Assembly: GCA_013239625.1 (NCBI GenBank)
Contig: MU054187.1
Location: 7,265,757 to 7,329,756, forward strand
DNA: 64,000 nt
Origin: Lama guanicoe
Taxonomy: Eukaryota
Direction of reading: 5' to 3'
In this document: positions 61,966-64,000 of the stretch, piece after piece
Numbering within the stretch: the first letter of the stretch is position 1
Layout: every line of letters begins with the position of its first letter
Program-made: the position numbers and the translations under genes
The notes under the pieces: generated by a model
Told to the model about the DNA's origin: nothing
Database searches by the model: none
Seen by the model: the letters and a program-made list of their open reading frames with translations, nothing else

Positions 61966-63574
61966 CTAGAAAAGAAAGTTTCTATTATGAAAGAGAAAGT
62001 AAATGACTTTTCTATCACAACAATTGAGGAAATCCTACAGAAGGGGAAAAAAAAACTAAAATTAGCAGCCAGACTTTAAAATGGTAACACACTAAAATGG
62101 CCCAAGGCAGAGACCTGGCAAGGTTCTCAGAGTTCCCGAGGCCTTAATTAGAAGCGACGAGGCTGGAACTGCAGTCTCCTGACACATTCATTAGCACAGC
62201 ATCAGCTCTTTCTTTAAAGTGCAGTTCAACACGAGGGCATCACTTGTGTGGCTTCCAGGAGGACCTGGAGGCACTGCATAGTTTGTCAGACCTTTCTGTT
62301 TGAAAGCAAAGAGTAGGTGAAACCTTAATTGGAAGTACCAGAGCAGCAACAGTCCACACACACACCAGATCCTGCCTGTAAACAGCTGGCTCGGGCTAAT
62401 GCCATCCGGACAATTACATGCTGTGAATACTCCCTCGCCTCCTGGAATGCTTTTACTCGTGTAAAGTACACGTCTGTACACCTCAACCATTCTATGTTAA
62501 TTGCACCATTTAAATATCCAAATGATTCAGCCCTCCTTAATTTAACTTGCACGTTCAATTTCTTATTTCCAGGAAAGAATCATCACGTAGAAGGTGGAAA
62601 AGGCATATATGTATAAAAAAAAGTCAATTAATAATCCTAATATATTTATGTGTAATATACAGTTACAGACATTTACGAACACATATATTATATATAATAA
62701 ATAAAATATCATAAGCCCTTAGGAATCAGCTTAAACGTTACTAGAATTACTAAATGGCTCAAAAAAGAACAGGCACAAGATTTACAGACAAGTATCAGTG
62801 GAAGGTCAGTACACCAAGACCCCATCACAGCCCCCAAACACAAAAATCCGTTAAAAATATTAAAGGACATCTTATTCTGATGAGTCCAAGGGATGTATGT
62901 TTAAAGTTTTCCATTCAGAAAGGAAATTAATAAATTCCATTGAGAAATCATAATAGACAACAAGACACCTATGAAAATTTTTAGTAAGAAATGTATATGA
63001 AACTACCTAACTAAATTAAGAGGAATAAAAGATGCATTGTATACCTCTGTGTGAAAAAAGCTAAACATTGTGAAGGTGTGAGTTTTTTTAATAAACATAT
63101 GGGCTTATTGTACTGGCAATAAAAATGCATGTTGAGGAGGGGGAGGGTTTTGAGGACTCAACAAAATAATTCTCATACTCAAACTTAACATATAAAAAGG
63201 AAACGATATCAAAACAAATTCTTTAAAAAGAATCCAGTAAGAAAACATTAGTCATACATTGAAACATATTACAAGGGGGGCTGGGTATAGCTCAGTGGCA
63301 GTAGCAGGTTGTCAGCCTTGAGGCTGAAAATTTTAGCAGTTCTATTTCTATGTTTTGAAAGGGCCACAGTGGACAACCGGCCCAGCGCTTGGACAAAAGA
63401 CACAGTTCACAGCTGAAGAAGTGAATTAACCCCCTCTCAATGCATTCAGCGCCTCCTAGGCCTGCTCTGGAAGGACCTGGGTCTCAGGCAGGGCACGTGC
63501 ATGCTAACTCACTACCCTCCCAGGCCAAAGGACTGTCCAGCAGACCCACAGAATCACGAGCTAAATAAAATCTA

Positions 63575-64000
63575 CTCTTCTATTTTATGGCTGAGTAGTA
63601 TTCCATTGCATACATATACCATGTCTTCTTTATCCAGTCTTCTGTTAATGGCCATTTGGGTTGTTTCCATGTCTCGGCTATTGCAAATAGTGTGCTTATG
63701 AACATTGGGGTGCAATGTGTCTTTTTGTAGTTTTCTTCAGATATATGCCCAGGAGTGGGATTACTGGATCATATGGTAAGTCTATTTTTAGTTTTTTAAG
63801 GAATCTCCATACTGTCCTTCATAGCGGCTGCAACAATTTACCTTCCCACCAACGGTGTAGGAGGGTTCCTTTTTCTCCACACCCTCTTCAGCATTTATCG
63901 TTTGTAGACTTTTGAATGATGGCCATTCTGACTGGTGTGAGGTGATACCTCACTGTAGTTTTGATTTGCAGTTCTCTGACAATTAGTGATGTTCAGCATC
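63575..64000 (-). mobile_element. L1 ORF2 3' region, running off the window end
   Basis: 'tttatggctgagtagtattccattg...cccaggagtgggattactggatcatatggtaag...ccttcccaccaacggtgtaggagggttcc...gccattctgactggtgtgaggtgatacctc'. Confidence 0.92.

Noticed and set aside
55700..64000. 3' exons of the neighbouring gene GGH (recalled human synteny)
   Set aside because: No GGH-like peptide recognised on the minus strand within the window.

Overview
Mammalian genomic DNA, most likely a camelid, inferred from tRNA-derived SINEs of the vic-1 type, artiodactyl-type L1 3' ends and the absence of recognisable Alu or Bov-A/BovB elements. The window holds the 3' part of NKAIN3 (Na+/K+-ATPase-interacting protein 3) on the + strand. 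Coding exons lie at 17739-17799 and 34636-34705, a terminal exon starts at 43946, and a probable alternative distal terminal exon starts at 55349. The rest is intron, 3' UTR or intergenic DNA rich in old and young transposable elements. The stand-out feature is an intronless, sense-oriented retrocopy of the embryonic PRD-class homeobox gene ARGFX (about 11880-13055) inside the NKAIN3 intron. It keeps an open frame through the whole R50 homeodomain, but carries an R53Q change and a frameshift plus stop that remove the C-terminal tail. It also carries a splice acceptor that is in frame with the upstream NKAIN3 exons. Repeat family names and reference protein sequences are recalled from memory, not from a database search, and repeat boundaries are approximate.
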